Assembly (NCBI GenBank): GCA_012026655.1
Contig: JAAILG010001217.1
Location: 1 to 64,000 of the forward strand
From: Hydrolagus affinis
Lineage: Eukaryota
Direction: 5' to 3'
Length of the DNA: 64,000 bases
The notes under the pieces were generated by a model, which ran no database searches, was not told the origin of the DNA, and saw only the letters and a program-made list of their open reading frames with translations. The position numbers were made by a program, and so were the translations under genes. Shown one piece after another: positions 33,801-45,918 of this stretch; position 1 is the stretch's first letter; each line of letters starts with the position of its first letter.

Positions 33801-34742
33801 CTGAATATCAATGCATTGACATCTTACTATCCCAACTTTCCTCAGCTTTGATTCAAACAAAACTCAAAAGAAAATCATCACTTTTTAGTACTTATGCAAT
33901 AGAAATTGTGAGTTCACTTTTCTCTTTAGGTTAATCTATTCTATACTGCAGCTGGATATGTCAAATGTCTTTTGTGTGGATTATAGATCAAGGCAATTTC
34001 ACTGATAAAAAAGATTAATACTTTGTACTTTCACATCCTTATGTTTATAATATGCCTTTGTGTCACTAAAAGGTCAATTTGACATGATCAATAACTAATC
34101 CACAATCCAAGACTGGAACAGAAAATCATCTCCTCTGAGAGAGGTTCTGATGGGTAGAATAAACAGATACAACTGCAGGAGAGCAATAAGAACCGCTTTA
34201 TATATTTTTGTGTTGCTTTTCCAGGAGCTTTGGCTTAATTTACTAAGTGTTTTCTTAGCCATATTGTCACAGAGGCAGCTTAAATAAAAAGCAATATTGT
34301 TTGTATGTTGATGGACATTTCCAATGCTCAAACGCATTTACTGTTGGCACATTGAGAATACTTGGAACAAGATTCCAATATACATCACAGGCAGCAAAAC
34401 AAAAATACATGCAATAGGATTTACAGAGTTTTGCCACAGGTTCCATGTTTGGTTGGGTAAACAACATACCATACCTGTCTGAGTAAATTTTAAGATGCAT
34501 GTCTGGGTTAAATAAATTATATTTAAAATAAAATGGCATGGGCAGACCAAATCTGTCTGAGCAACCTTTGATAAATATATTCATTCAATTTCTTGGATCA
34601 GTGGTGTGATCTAAAATCTGTAAGATATAACATTTTGGTCCATTGAATAACTGTCTGGGTGGCATCGGTAATCCTTTTTTTGTGTGTGTGTGAAGGGGGT
34701 GGGGTTACTAATGTAGGGAGGTGTTAAACAACAAAGTCTAAG

Positions 34743-34860
34743 GCTATTCACCCACGAATATACGGTCAATTCACTTTACAGTATATTCTATTAAGCGCTT
34801 TGAGACGTCTAGAAGATATGAAAAACACTATATCAAATGCAAAGATTATTATTTATTATT
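34743..34860 (+). mobile_element. SINE 3' fragment
   Basis: GTCAATTCACTTTACAGTATATTC...CTATATCAAATGCAAAGATTATT, shared with the full-length copies. Confidence 0.8.
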
Positions 34861-36030
34861 AAAGCTATTGGGATGAAGGCACTGAACAAGGTCTCCAGAG
34901 ATGGTCTTCATCTCATTCTGTGAGTTCTCCATTGGGTATCTTCATGCCTTCAAAGAGCTGAATCCTCATTAGGTCCAGCTAAATTATTATATATCACGAG
35001 GTCTCTGTGCTAATTTTATTTATATCCACTTTAACTTAAACACTGTGATGGGTTTTCCCATGTGTCAGACATCCAGTTTCACCAACAAATCCACTTTAAG
35101 AATGATCATGACATGGCAGTTTTTTTAAAAAAGCTAATATAGATTTTAGATGTTATCCCACAAAGATTGTGCAGTTACACGTTCTGCAGCATAACAGGGA
35201 ATAGTAACAGGAAACAAAAGCAATTAAGTTTTAAGAATCATGTCTGAGTTAAATTACTTAAAAATGCAATTGCTCAGTCATCATTCCTCCAGGAAATCAT
35301 TGGTTAAAAATCTAAAAACCAGAGATAAATTTGTTTGTTTTTCAGCTTGAAGGGACAGACTAGTGTCGGTTCTTAAACTGAACTCAGAGGTCCAAAAAGC
35401 CTTGTCAACCCAATTCATAACTCGAAGCCTCCACATCTGTTGTACGTTATGCTATGTCGTTATATTGTATTTATCTACTGATAAGGTTTGGACATTACAT
35501 TTTAGTGTCCACAAGAAAGTTTGACCTACACTATCTTACATTTAATCAAATTCAGTTAGGGGCATCGGATATCCATTTTCAAAGTGATTCTCAGATCAAA
35601 GAATGATTTGGCTTAAAGGAGGAATGGTACATCAATTGCCAGACCTTCTACAAGGTACTGATAGTTTGACCTGCCAAAGGACTATACATGTGCATTCAGC
35701 ACAAATATATTCTTTGTTAACTGAGGCCAACCACAAGCTTAAACTGAATAAAACTACAAGAGTAACACACCTGAAACAAAAGAACATAGTCTGATTACCT
35801 TGACAACTTAAACACAAGGAATTCTACAAAATTACTTAAAATAGTTAATTATCATTATAAATATCACTACATACATGCATATAACTACCTTTGACTCCTC
35901 AGTTTAGTATATCCAGACAGCTGCTATTTTCTTCCACAAGGTAGATAAATGTCCAAATAATAAGACCAACAAATTTAGCCAAGCAGGCTCACAAACAGTT
36001 TAGAGAACACTCACAAAAGTGGATACCTAC

Positions 36031-36185
36031 CTTCATCCATGCCATTTAATATTTCATTAAGGTCCTGTTCTTTACACTCGTAATGGTGTTCTTTCCAGGT
36101 TTCTCCACTTTCACTTCGAAGTACGATGAGTTCCCTTTCCTTGTCTCGCATTGACCCGAAATGTGGTATCTCCACAATGACTGGG
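36031..36185 (-). CDS. ANK3: ANK3 exon, ZU5 (155 nt)
   Basis: TAG|C CCA...GAA G|GTAGGT; [33 protein letters not shown]...GMDE. Confidence 0.97.
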
Positions 36186-38116
36186 CTAGAAAGAAAACAG
36201 ACTTTTAGTATTAATTTTAGTTGACAGACAAGGACCTCTCTGGGGCATATTGAGTTAAGCAACCAGTTTCGTCATCTTATCAGATTTCCTTAACAAAATG
36301 TTAAATTTATCAAAAACATCAATTTGATCGTTTCAACCCTTTGAGAACTGAAGTAACATTCCTGCATCATAAATCAAACTAACTTTCCCTCCAAGAGAGA
36401 AACAGAGGGAAAAAAATCATCAAAACAATAAAACTCATCACATTCCAGGTTAAAGTTGTGCAATTCTTCTTATGGCATGCATTTGTGCATCACTGTATGT
36501 ATACATAGAAATGTAGACTGTCTCTACATTTCATATACTTACTTTTAAGGGTGTCATAGTATTGTACCTTTCACAGTTTTGTCTGCAGGTTCAGGTATTT
36601 GCAAAAATGCATGTTTTAGATTTGACAAAAAAAAGAAAGATTTCTGGCTTTTGTGACCTGAAAAAATTATTTCTGCACTCAAGGGGCTAGAAAAATAATT
36701 TAAGTTCACAAAGATTATAATGCTGTACCTAAAAATCTACCATGAGCAACAGTTTAAAAACTTTTTTTAAAAAAAGGCTAAGCAGACTGTACTAATTCAT
36801 TTAAAATAAAATATACAAAATATAAACGCTACCATTGAGGTAACAAGTATACTGCATTAACGTACACAGTACTTTCACCGCTAGTTTTCAGGGGTTTTAA
36901 CTTTTTCTGACACCCAATAGAAAAACAAGCACATCAGGAATCAATGCAGTAATGTTCAGCAATCTAGTCATTCTCTTTAAAAATTGGCTTAATCGCATTA
37001 AAATGGTCATTTTCAGTAGATCAATTTAAGACAAAGTACAAAGTTTCAGGGTTTTTTCCTCGCTTTGGCCAAAATGCACTGCATGAAGAAATGCTCATTC
37101 TTTACATTTCTCTCATTCCATTTCATATTGTTCAAATTTTTAGACATTTACAGAATTTTTTTTTTGCAAATTTGATTAAAAGCATGTGTGATTATTGAAA
37201 GGTGCAAAGGAAATTCAGTACTCAAAGGCTTATTAGTTTGGAAATACAGCCTTGTAAGGCAGCGAAACTGACACTGTCCCATTAAACATTTAGGCAGTTT
37301 GATCATTTCCTGTGTTTTAGTGCATGACATCCAAAATGAAAATATGGGTATAGAGAATGCAACAAACAATCACTTTAGATTTTAATATTAATTTTCATTG
37401 AAAACCTCAAACTAATGTACATTTTGAACAAAACTAATGAATTACAATACAATTTTTCTGATTTAGAAGCAAACCTGTCTCAATGGGCACTTTGATAAGA
37501 GCAGAATCTATTCACTTTCAAATTTATATGGTTCCTTATTAAGGACAATCAATAAATCTATATTTTTTTATTGACATACTGTGAGAGGTACATTGACGCC
37601 CACAGATGGTACTTATAAAGTCAGAAAAGCACTTATATTTTATACTGAGATTACATTTTCTGCCTTTAATTTATGTGAATCTATATGTCATATCCACCCA
37701 TCTCACAACAGAAACACTGAGCTGCTTACACCTACTGGAAAACCAACATCTATTTTATAGATGCATCTCAGTTGATACCTTCTCTATACCCAATATTAGA
37801 TGCAAAGAGCTTTTACATTTGACCAAAATGCATTTGAAGCAGCTGAAAGAGATTTTATATGTGAAATACAGAAGTAAAGCAGTTATGAAGGCTGAATGCT
37901 TGCAGTGAATTGTAACATGCCTTAAAGCGCAAAGCTAATTAGCAGAGCTTTAATAAATCAAGCCACTATGATCTTCTTTCAGTGACACAAACTGAAAGTT
38001 TTCCAAAAACAGAAAAAAAACATGGGGAATGACTAAAATAAACACCAAAAAAATCTTCAAAAATTAAATTAAAAAAAGTCTGCTGTGACAGTTTGTATCT
38101 TTTATAAACATCCTAC

Positions 38117-38215
38117 CCAATAAATTTTGTTCCTCGAGGACCAAGCTGCAGGATTCTGCAAACCAAGCTCTCGCCCTCATTCAGAGGGGGAGGGTTGGTA
38201 GGAAGGTGAAGTTTA
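38117..38215 (-). CDS. ANK3: 99-nt alternative ZU5 insert exon (phase 2-2)
   Basis: CAG|T AAA...ATT GG|GTAGGA; KLHLPTNPPPLNEGESLVCRILQLGPRGTKFIG; TGCATG at 38229-38234. Confidence 0.9.
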
Positions 38216-38735
38216 CTGATAAAACATCCATGCAGCAATAAGGGAAACAAAAAGGGGAAAACAATGAACAAACTGTCATTCCCAACAGTATCCATAATTT
38301 GAAGAGACCATTTGCAAAGCTTATTCTAATGTAGAGAATCAAAAATTACGAAGTACTGCCAAATTTTTAGCCACATCATAGTGGATTGTTTTCAGAGGAG
38401 TTTTTAAATTGAATTATTGCAGATGATCAAATAAAAATGTCATTTTAATTTATTTTTGATGGAATATTATGGTGCTTTGTTAGGTCACATTTAAGCGGTT
38501 AGGAAGTAAATCTTACCCTGAGTAGATGATATATAAAAAAAAATCCTTCACATACAGTATTTAAAACCTCTATACACCTAGACGGAATCTGCTTCCTGGG
38601 GGGTTACAAGAGTTAGTGCCTCAAAACTAAACTGAAAGCTCACAGTCAAGAATTTGTGAATTATAGTATTAATCCACAAAAGAAAAAAAAAATGAGTAAG
38701 GTGGTAATGGTATGAGAATTTCAACAATGACTTAC

Positions 38736-38960
38736 CCTAGGAACTGAGCACCTGACGGGCCAACTTCCACGATTCTACTGGCTAACCCTTCCCCTTCTAC
38801 CATGGGCGGTGGGCTGGCAAGCTTATGCCTCTTTACTAAGCGGCACGTGATGCGTGTCGGGGCTGTGCATTTGCGAGGTGGGATGATGATACGCATTCCA
38901 TTATGGCGGCTGCCACGCATAGAGCCACCTCGTGCGTCCACCATGAAGCTAACAAGAAAA
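38736..38960 (-). CDS. ANK3: ANK3 exon, start of first ZU5 domain (225 nt)
   Basis: CAG|T TTT...CTA GG|GTAAGT; [31 protein letters not shown]...AQFLG, including the spectrin-binding DAR motif. Confidence 0.98.
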
Positions 38961-39395
38961 CTGTTGGGGGAGGTTTAAAAAAAAAGACAAGAAGGTTACT
39001 CCAAACCACAGAGGCAGAGACAAAAAAAAACATGCCTGTCAGCAATTTGTAACCATAATAGGTGTGAAAAACTAATGGATAAAATCAATCGGATTGCACA
39101 TAGGAATATTATGCCCTGAGAAACACAGCACCTTTTAGTTAGGGTTACTTTAAAACATCTTCTGGTTTACATTCATCTCTTTGATACGCTAAAAAAACAG
39201 TTTACATAAATCACATTTTCTAAATTTCCATTCAACTTTATTGTTTCACACTCTAGAATCAACAGCCAGAAATATTAGTTTGGAATGACGTTGAGAGATA
39301 AGGAGAACAACACATCTGATCCAAGCACAAGCCTTATCCAACTTCAATCTTCACCTCTATAGCTTCACGAGTTGGTTTCTCAACCATTTCCATTA

Positions 39396-39713
39396 CAGTA
39401 AAACCTTGATAATCGGACACAGTTGGGCCCACTCACCTCAAGGTTTTCAGTGTTTAGAAATCTGCCTAGAAATGGCTGGGGAAGGCCTGCCCCATACACC
39501 ATGTGTGCTGTAAACACAGCACTGAAGCCAAACAATGCCCGAGCTCCACCCACAGTGCCGGATGATAGAGTGGCCACGCCAGGCACTACAAGCAACTGTT
39601 GCAAACGTTGGGAGATTTGCCGACAAAAAAATCTAATACTGGTATATTTTGAAATCTTGCTAGATTTAGGGAGTTGCCAGTTTTCGGAATGTTGTATTAC
39701 CAAGGTTTTACTG
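39396..39713. mobile_element. pogo/Tigger-type MITE (318 bp)
   Basis: TIRs CAGTAAAACCTTGATAAT / CAGTAAAACCTTGGTAAT (17/18), flanked by TA on both sides. Confidence 0.88.
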
Positions 39714-40501
39714 TACATATTATACTGTGTGAATCACGCTTATGTAACCTGAAAAACCTTTTAAATAATGTACATGCAAATGTTCTTTCTTCTCAAACAG
39801 TCATTTTAAAAATAAGTTCACCACAAGTGCCTTCAATAATTCAAGCATCTGCTATTTATTCTCTACATTCAAAGGAATATAAGAAATGCTTGACGAAAAA
39901 AGACCAAAGTCCATCTAGTTTGCTTTCCACCTTCCTGGTGGTCACATTTACATATGTCCCAAACTACCTGTGTACTATATCTCATAATGTTATTTCCTAA
40001 AAAAAACTATCCAAACGGTGCTTGAAAGATCAAAACTTCTTGCTTCAACCACCTCCATTCAGAACCTCTTCCATGTGGATTCAACAAAATAATTTTTCTC
40101 CTCAATAATTATTATTTCTCTACACTTGAATCATTAACACCTTCTTCCTTTAGTGCAGAAATAGTAGTTAAGACATCCTTCTCTCACAGGTCTATTCTCA
40201 ACACAAACAACCTGGCCTAGCTAAGGAAGCCAGGAAACACACACCAGCAGTGTTTGTAGTAGGAAAATTCTAGCGTGTATGATCATGCCATACTTGAAAT
40301 TTTATTGGATAGAGGTACTGTATCCCTCATACCCTTCTTCTCAGTCGCTAAATTCCCAGAAAATACAAGGAGTCATTAGCCCTGTATCAAAAGTGCAATA
40401 CTGTTTCAACTAAGTGCAATAGAATGCAATCACAATGTAACACATTTGTTGTCTCAGGAAATACTCTCTAGAGCTATAGCACAATCTGCCCTGCGACTTA
40501 C

Positions 40502-40608
40502 CCAGAATGGATGGGGCTGGAAACAAGGTTGATGTTATCCAGAGTGTCCGCAGTCCAGCTGAACCTCTTCAAAGAATCGCTGTCGTACTCTCTTGTGGCT
40601 GCAAGGTG
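40502..40608 (-). CDS. ANK3: ANK3 exon (107 nt, phase 0-2)
   Basis: TAG|CAC...TCT GG|GTAAGT; HLAATREYDSDSLKRFSWTADTLDNINLVSSPIHSG. Confidence 0.95.
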
Positions 40609-42777
40609 CTACAACAAAAATACCCAGAGAGGAGAAAGCAAATCAAACAAAAGCACAGCATGAAATGTTAAGAAACAATGATTTCACCCTTTTTGAAATG
40701 TTTAAATCAATGTGCATCCATAACGTAAATATAAAAAATTACAAGCTTATCAGAATACTGTTTTGGAGGCTGGATAAACAGAGGAACATTTTCACAAATG
40801 TATTTATGGAACTCCTACACATCTGCATTACTTGATAATTATCTCGTCTGTACAGTCATAAAGATGTAATCCCTTCAACCCTCTCCTAAGGGATATCCTC
40901 TGTTTACACAAAAAAAAAGAATTCCCAAAGAGTTTGAGACTTCAGATGACATTTACAAGCACAAGGACCTATCTTAATTGTCTGTAACCATCATCTGTCT
41001 CAAAAGTCTCAATCCCTCACTGCTAACAGTAAATTCACACAATCTATAAAATGCAGATGTATTCATCTGTAAAATGATGTTCATTAATGGTTCTCACAGG
41101 AACAATGGGACCAGGCATGTCAACAAGATTACAGCATCAGGACATAAATGAGGACATTGTCAAAAGCATAACAGACAAACAGAATGAGTTTAAATAGTCT
41201 TTGCAATGCCTTAGCGTCAAACAGTATTACTGGGTTATTCACTATCTGAATATAGCCTAGCAACCAATATTGGTTAGAAAATAAAAGTTTGTTAATCGAA
41301 AGTGAAAGCTGATATATTTGCTCAAAAGATGGCTATTATTGAAGGAATGTTCTATTGCACTGTGCTTTGCCCATCCGCTATTTGTTTGAAAACTAACATT
41401 TTAAAACACCTGTAAATAGATTTTTTTTAAAAGCAATTATTGGTCCTCTGTTCATGATCACCATCTTCACTGTATTTCTAAGGCTAAGTGGTGAAGGAAG
41501 ACATTTCTCTTGTTTATTTTGGCTCCCAGCACCCGCCTTCTCATCGATTCAGTACTTGGGAGTGGATACCAAGTGAAGAGATGTCAAGGAAACACAGCAT
41601 CTACCCCAGAAACGTAGTTAAAGTAATGAAATAATGGTGGTGGGCAGGAGATAAGTTGATGAGTTTCAACTCATTTTAAAATTGACACCGCACTATATTT
41701 TGCAAATAAAATGCTAAAATTATTTAATACATTGTGTTGAAAAGGAGAATGCGTACATCCAAAATAACCAACAGTGTTTTTATGCTACATTTTCAAAGTT
41801 ATACATGTATGCAACATAGAACCAAACCAAGAATATTTCCTCAATAGCAACCCCTGCACAACTCTCCGGCAAGTTAGGTGAGGAATTATAGATGGAAATG
41901 GGATTGAAAGATTTTGCATAAGATAATAAAATAGCAGAACAGGCTCAATGGGCTGGACGGCCTACGATTGTTCCTATGTTACTGTGCACATACTGAAAGT
42001 TTTACAAAGAACATAAGGCTGCTGAGGACAATATAAAATGATAAATTAAATTTTTTTGCAGAGCCAATATCAAAGTTATGGCATGTGATCCACTTTATGT
42101 GCTCATGGAATAGTAAGCAGGTTTAAATGGTTACTCAGAAGAGATTGATGTTGAAAGTGAATGAGGGCAGCAAACAGTATAAAACCACTGATGACCATCA
42201 ATGAAGTTAGTTGATCACGAGACCACGTTGGTGTGGATTGGTCTACACCAATTATTGTCATGCAGTTAGAGGAGAATAACATGTGAACAATTTTTACACA
42301 ACGTCAATAAAGTTGGCTGATGGACACAAACACTTCCTATAGAGCTCTGCCATCTGGTTCAAATGAATATTTGAAAAACTCGAGTATTCCAAATCAAAAG
42401 GCATGATTATATAAGTGACTGTGTCCCTTCAGCCTTTTAAATGTCTTATTTATTTTCCACATAATGCTCTCATTACAGAAAGGCAGTTTCCAACAGATGT
42501 GTTTGTGTTGTGGGGGGTGGCAGGCGGAGGGGAGGAAAAGGAAGAATCTTTTATAACTTTATTGCAATGTTAAATCATTGTAAATCAGGGAGGCCCATAT
42601 GGCCACAAAGCATTGCATTCTTGAAGCAATCGCAAGACTTTAATAATGAAAAGGAATCTGCCGTCTTCACGTTTCATGAAATTGCAAACTCAATGCCTAG
42701 TTTTCTCAGTTTAAGTACAAATCAAGAGTTCTGATGAACTCTCACAGAGATATTGCACTCTGCTGAAACCTTATTTT

Positions 42778-42963
42778 GGGAATAATAATCCCTCAAATAA
42801 AAAAAATGGTTATTTTTAATCAACAACTGTTTGTGGGACAATGCTGTGTGCAAATGGCTGCTGTGTTTTTTCCACAAATACAGTCAATTCAATTTACAGT
42901 ATATTCTGTGATGCACTTTGAGACAGCTAGAAAACATGAAAAGTGCAAGGATTATTATTATTA
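42778..42963 (+). mobile_element. SINE 3' half
   Basis: Colinear with the 3' half of the 43543 SINE. Confidence 0.8.
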
Positions 42964-43542
42964 CAATCTCATATAAAGATGGAATATCTGCAATTACATT
43001 GATAACTGTAATGAATTTAAAGAGCTAGATTTCTCGGATTAGCTCTAAAAAATGTTGTTAACACTGTTGGGTTAGTGAGTGCTCAAATATTAATGGGAGC
43101 GAACTGCATAACAAGGTATTTGAGATACAAATCAGGAAATTGGAACCGGGCAAGTCCCAGTGCAGTAAACCCCACCCACCTTGAGGCCAATGGTTCAAGT
43201 TGCACTCAGTTTACAGAATACCTCAGTACAGAACTAGTTCAAATGAATCTAGGTCTGAAGCAATTAGAGGCTGCATGTGTATGGAATTTGCCCAATTACC
43301 TTGCACAATAGTATCTAAGGCATCGCTGGCAACTTGGAAATAAGTGTAATTATATCCCAGGCTTCACAACTCACTTTTCTCGACACACACATTCCCCAAA
43401 CACAAGGGAAAGTATGCAATAAGCATTGCTGATGAAAAGCAATCTGGAATGATCTCCAGAGGCAACAACACTGACTTGTTCAAATTATAGTAATGTGGCT
43501 GGAGTTGGTTTGGCATTAGTTACGTAAGCCCAACAATTGGGT

Positions 43543-43846
43543 GGAGTCCTGTAGCTCAGTGATTAAGCACTCGCCTCACAAGCATGAGACCCATGTTTGA
43601 ATTCAGGCAGGTCAGGGTGAAACCTTGGGCAAGTTTTCTTACTCCACACGCCTAATAATAAATCCCTCAAAAAAATAATAAATTGGTCATTTCAATCCAC
43701 GACTGTTTGTGGGATACTTCTATGTGCTGCCGCATTTAGCCCATAAATATACAGTCAATTCACTTTACAGTGTATTCTGTGAGGCACTTTGAGAAATCTA
43801 GATGTGAAAAGCGCTATATCAAATGCAAGGATTATGATGATTATTA
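43543..43846 (+). mobile_element. tRNA-derived SINE, full length
   Basis: GGAGTCCTGTAGCTCAGTGATTAAGCAC head, GTTTGAATTC B box, GCGCTATATCAAATGCAAGGATTATGATGATTATT tail; AATTGGG on both flanks (possible TSD). Confidence 0.88.
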
Positions 43847-45815
43847 ATTGGGGTGCACCAGAGAGCAATGAACTATTTTGCTCTTCAAATCATTATTAAT
43901 CTTTTTAAAACTCTTTGCCTGACTGACCTCAGCAAAAGAACGCGCTTACCTTCAGCGAGTTGCACACCACTGGTCCATCCACAGAAACAACCTCAAGTTC
44001 GTAACCCTGCCAGACCAGGAGAAAAATCAGAGCCACCTCTTACCTCACAGCTTGTCCCAGGCATTGCCTGCTAGGCACTCTAAACCTGAGAGTTGGCGAG
44101 GCTGAGAGTAAAAAGCTGCTCAAGTGAGTCACTAAAATGACTCGGGAAACGACCCATACTTCATTGAGGAAATTATTCCTCCTGCCCGTAAATATAAACT
44201 ATGCATTTCTGTGACGCTTCAGGAATTTTATTTAATTGTTGGTTGTAGTAGAAACAGACTTTCCTCTCTTCACATTGTTCTGAGCTCGCAAAAGAGCACC
44301 TCACCATGACTAATGGTGAGCACTCAGGTCTGGGTAAAACAATGAGGTAAAGAATAGAAGTGAAAGTTCACTCACAACTGCTCCCTTTCTAATGAAGGCC
44401 CCAAATATAATATGATATGCTTGCCCATTAATATTTTAAACTGCTTGCAAAGTAATTGGATTTCAGACTGAAGCTTGATTCAACAGATATCCCTTTCCAA
44501 ATGCTTGTTTGGTGCCTGCTGAGTTGCTAACAGCTTGTCCCAGGCTCACCTTGTTCACATCTCCATTTGTTGCCAACAATCTGCTCGAACCATACACACG
44601 CACCAGTCTAGGTGGGAAAGCAGGGACTAAAAAGAAGACGTCGACCTCAAGTAGATTATTGAACTGTGAAGCCATTGCCTAATTAAGGCCATTAAATGAT
44701 TTTACATTGAATGTTAACCTTCTGGGATTTAAATACATTTTACGCACATTCTTTTAGACTTAATTGCTAAACTGCTGTTTAGCCCTTAGTCTCTACTTAA
44801 GTCTTTGATAAGGTTTCAGGTTCTCTATCCATTGAGCTCAGCCTGTGGACTGAATTCGAAGATTTCCAGAGTGAATACTTCCCAACATTCATAAAGGATT
44901 ATTAAAACTGAATTTAATTTGCCCATGAGTGTACAGTACTACAATGAGAATGGGGATAAGGAGGCTCAGCTGTGTGGGGGATAAAAATACATTCTGTCTC
45001 TACTTCTATTCCCTGGAGAATTCAATTGGAGGGCACTTTTATCACCTTCCTCTCAAATTACCTATTGTTAATATAAACAGGGATTATCTTTGCTCAACAT
45101 ATATTACATCTCATCTCAGCAGGACAAGCCAGTGGTTAAAATGTTCCGTCTTTCATGAACAATGGTGCTTTATCTTCCCAGACTACGTTGGGACAATGAA
45201 ATAATAGGATGGGACTTTCTTTGGATTGAGCTATTACAGGACCAGGAGCAAATGTTTCCATGTTTTGTGAAATAGCAAATTATGATGAAAGATAAATTGG
45301 TGAGGGCTAGAGACCATTGGAAACCTCAAAGGCAGGCAAATATCTCGCACTTTATAGAACTAACTGTTCGTGAAAGGCTGACAGGACTATATGCAGTTTT
45401 TCCATCCTTTAGAGAGCAAAATATATCTTGCATTGTCTTTCTGAACATTCACAGATTAACAAGAGAGTAAATAATAATGCGTTTTTTTTAATGAGGTTGA
45501 ACTTGATTTAACTATTTTTTCGATAACACATCAAATTTTGCTCAAAGCGCATTCCACATGTGCTCAATGAACTAACCAAATGGTAAAAGACCCTGTGAAT
45601 ATTAGAATGATAGCAAATTAAACCTGTAATACTGTTAGAATATCTAACACAATCAGCATGCAAGGCAATACAGCACATTTTGAAAGAACAGCCAACATTT
45701 TCTTCCAGATAATAGTTAGGTCTCAGCCAGCAATATTTGAGTTTGTACTCTAAAGTGTGCAACAAAATACTTTCATTTGTAGAACAAGCATGTGGCAATA
45801 ATGTTTTGTACTCAC

Positions 45816-45918
45816 CGGTTCCTTTGCGGTTGCTATTAGTTCTTCAATCATGATGCTATCCCTTGCATAAGGACTTCTGTTCAGCGAGTATGACCTATCC
45901 GAACTGAAGGAGCGGAGG
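45816..45918 (-). CDS. ANK3: ANK3 exon (103 nt, phase 2-0)
   Basis: CAG|C CTC...CCG|GTGAGT; SLRSFSSDRSYSLNRSPYARDSIMIEELIATAKEP. Confidence 0.95.

Noticed and set aside
39380-39752. Overlapping 112- and 109-aa ORFs
   Set aside because: They lie within the MITE, show no transposase motif, and arise from higher GC content.
40333-40347. 15-nt AG...GT segment after the IHSG exon
   Set aside because: In the required phase it reads GAC TGA (stop). No homolog of the recalled mammalian YSSPLPQYDS microexon was found in this intron.
42220-42275. Branch point + TGCATG + AG inside a small hairpin
   Set aside because: No convincing donor before an in-frame stop.
43543-43615. tRNA gene (also 58295-58367)
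   Set aside because: tRNA-like head of a SINE, continuous with the SINE body and tail; no complete cloverleaf.
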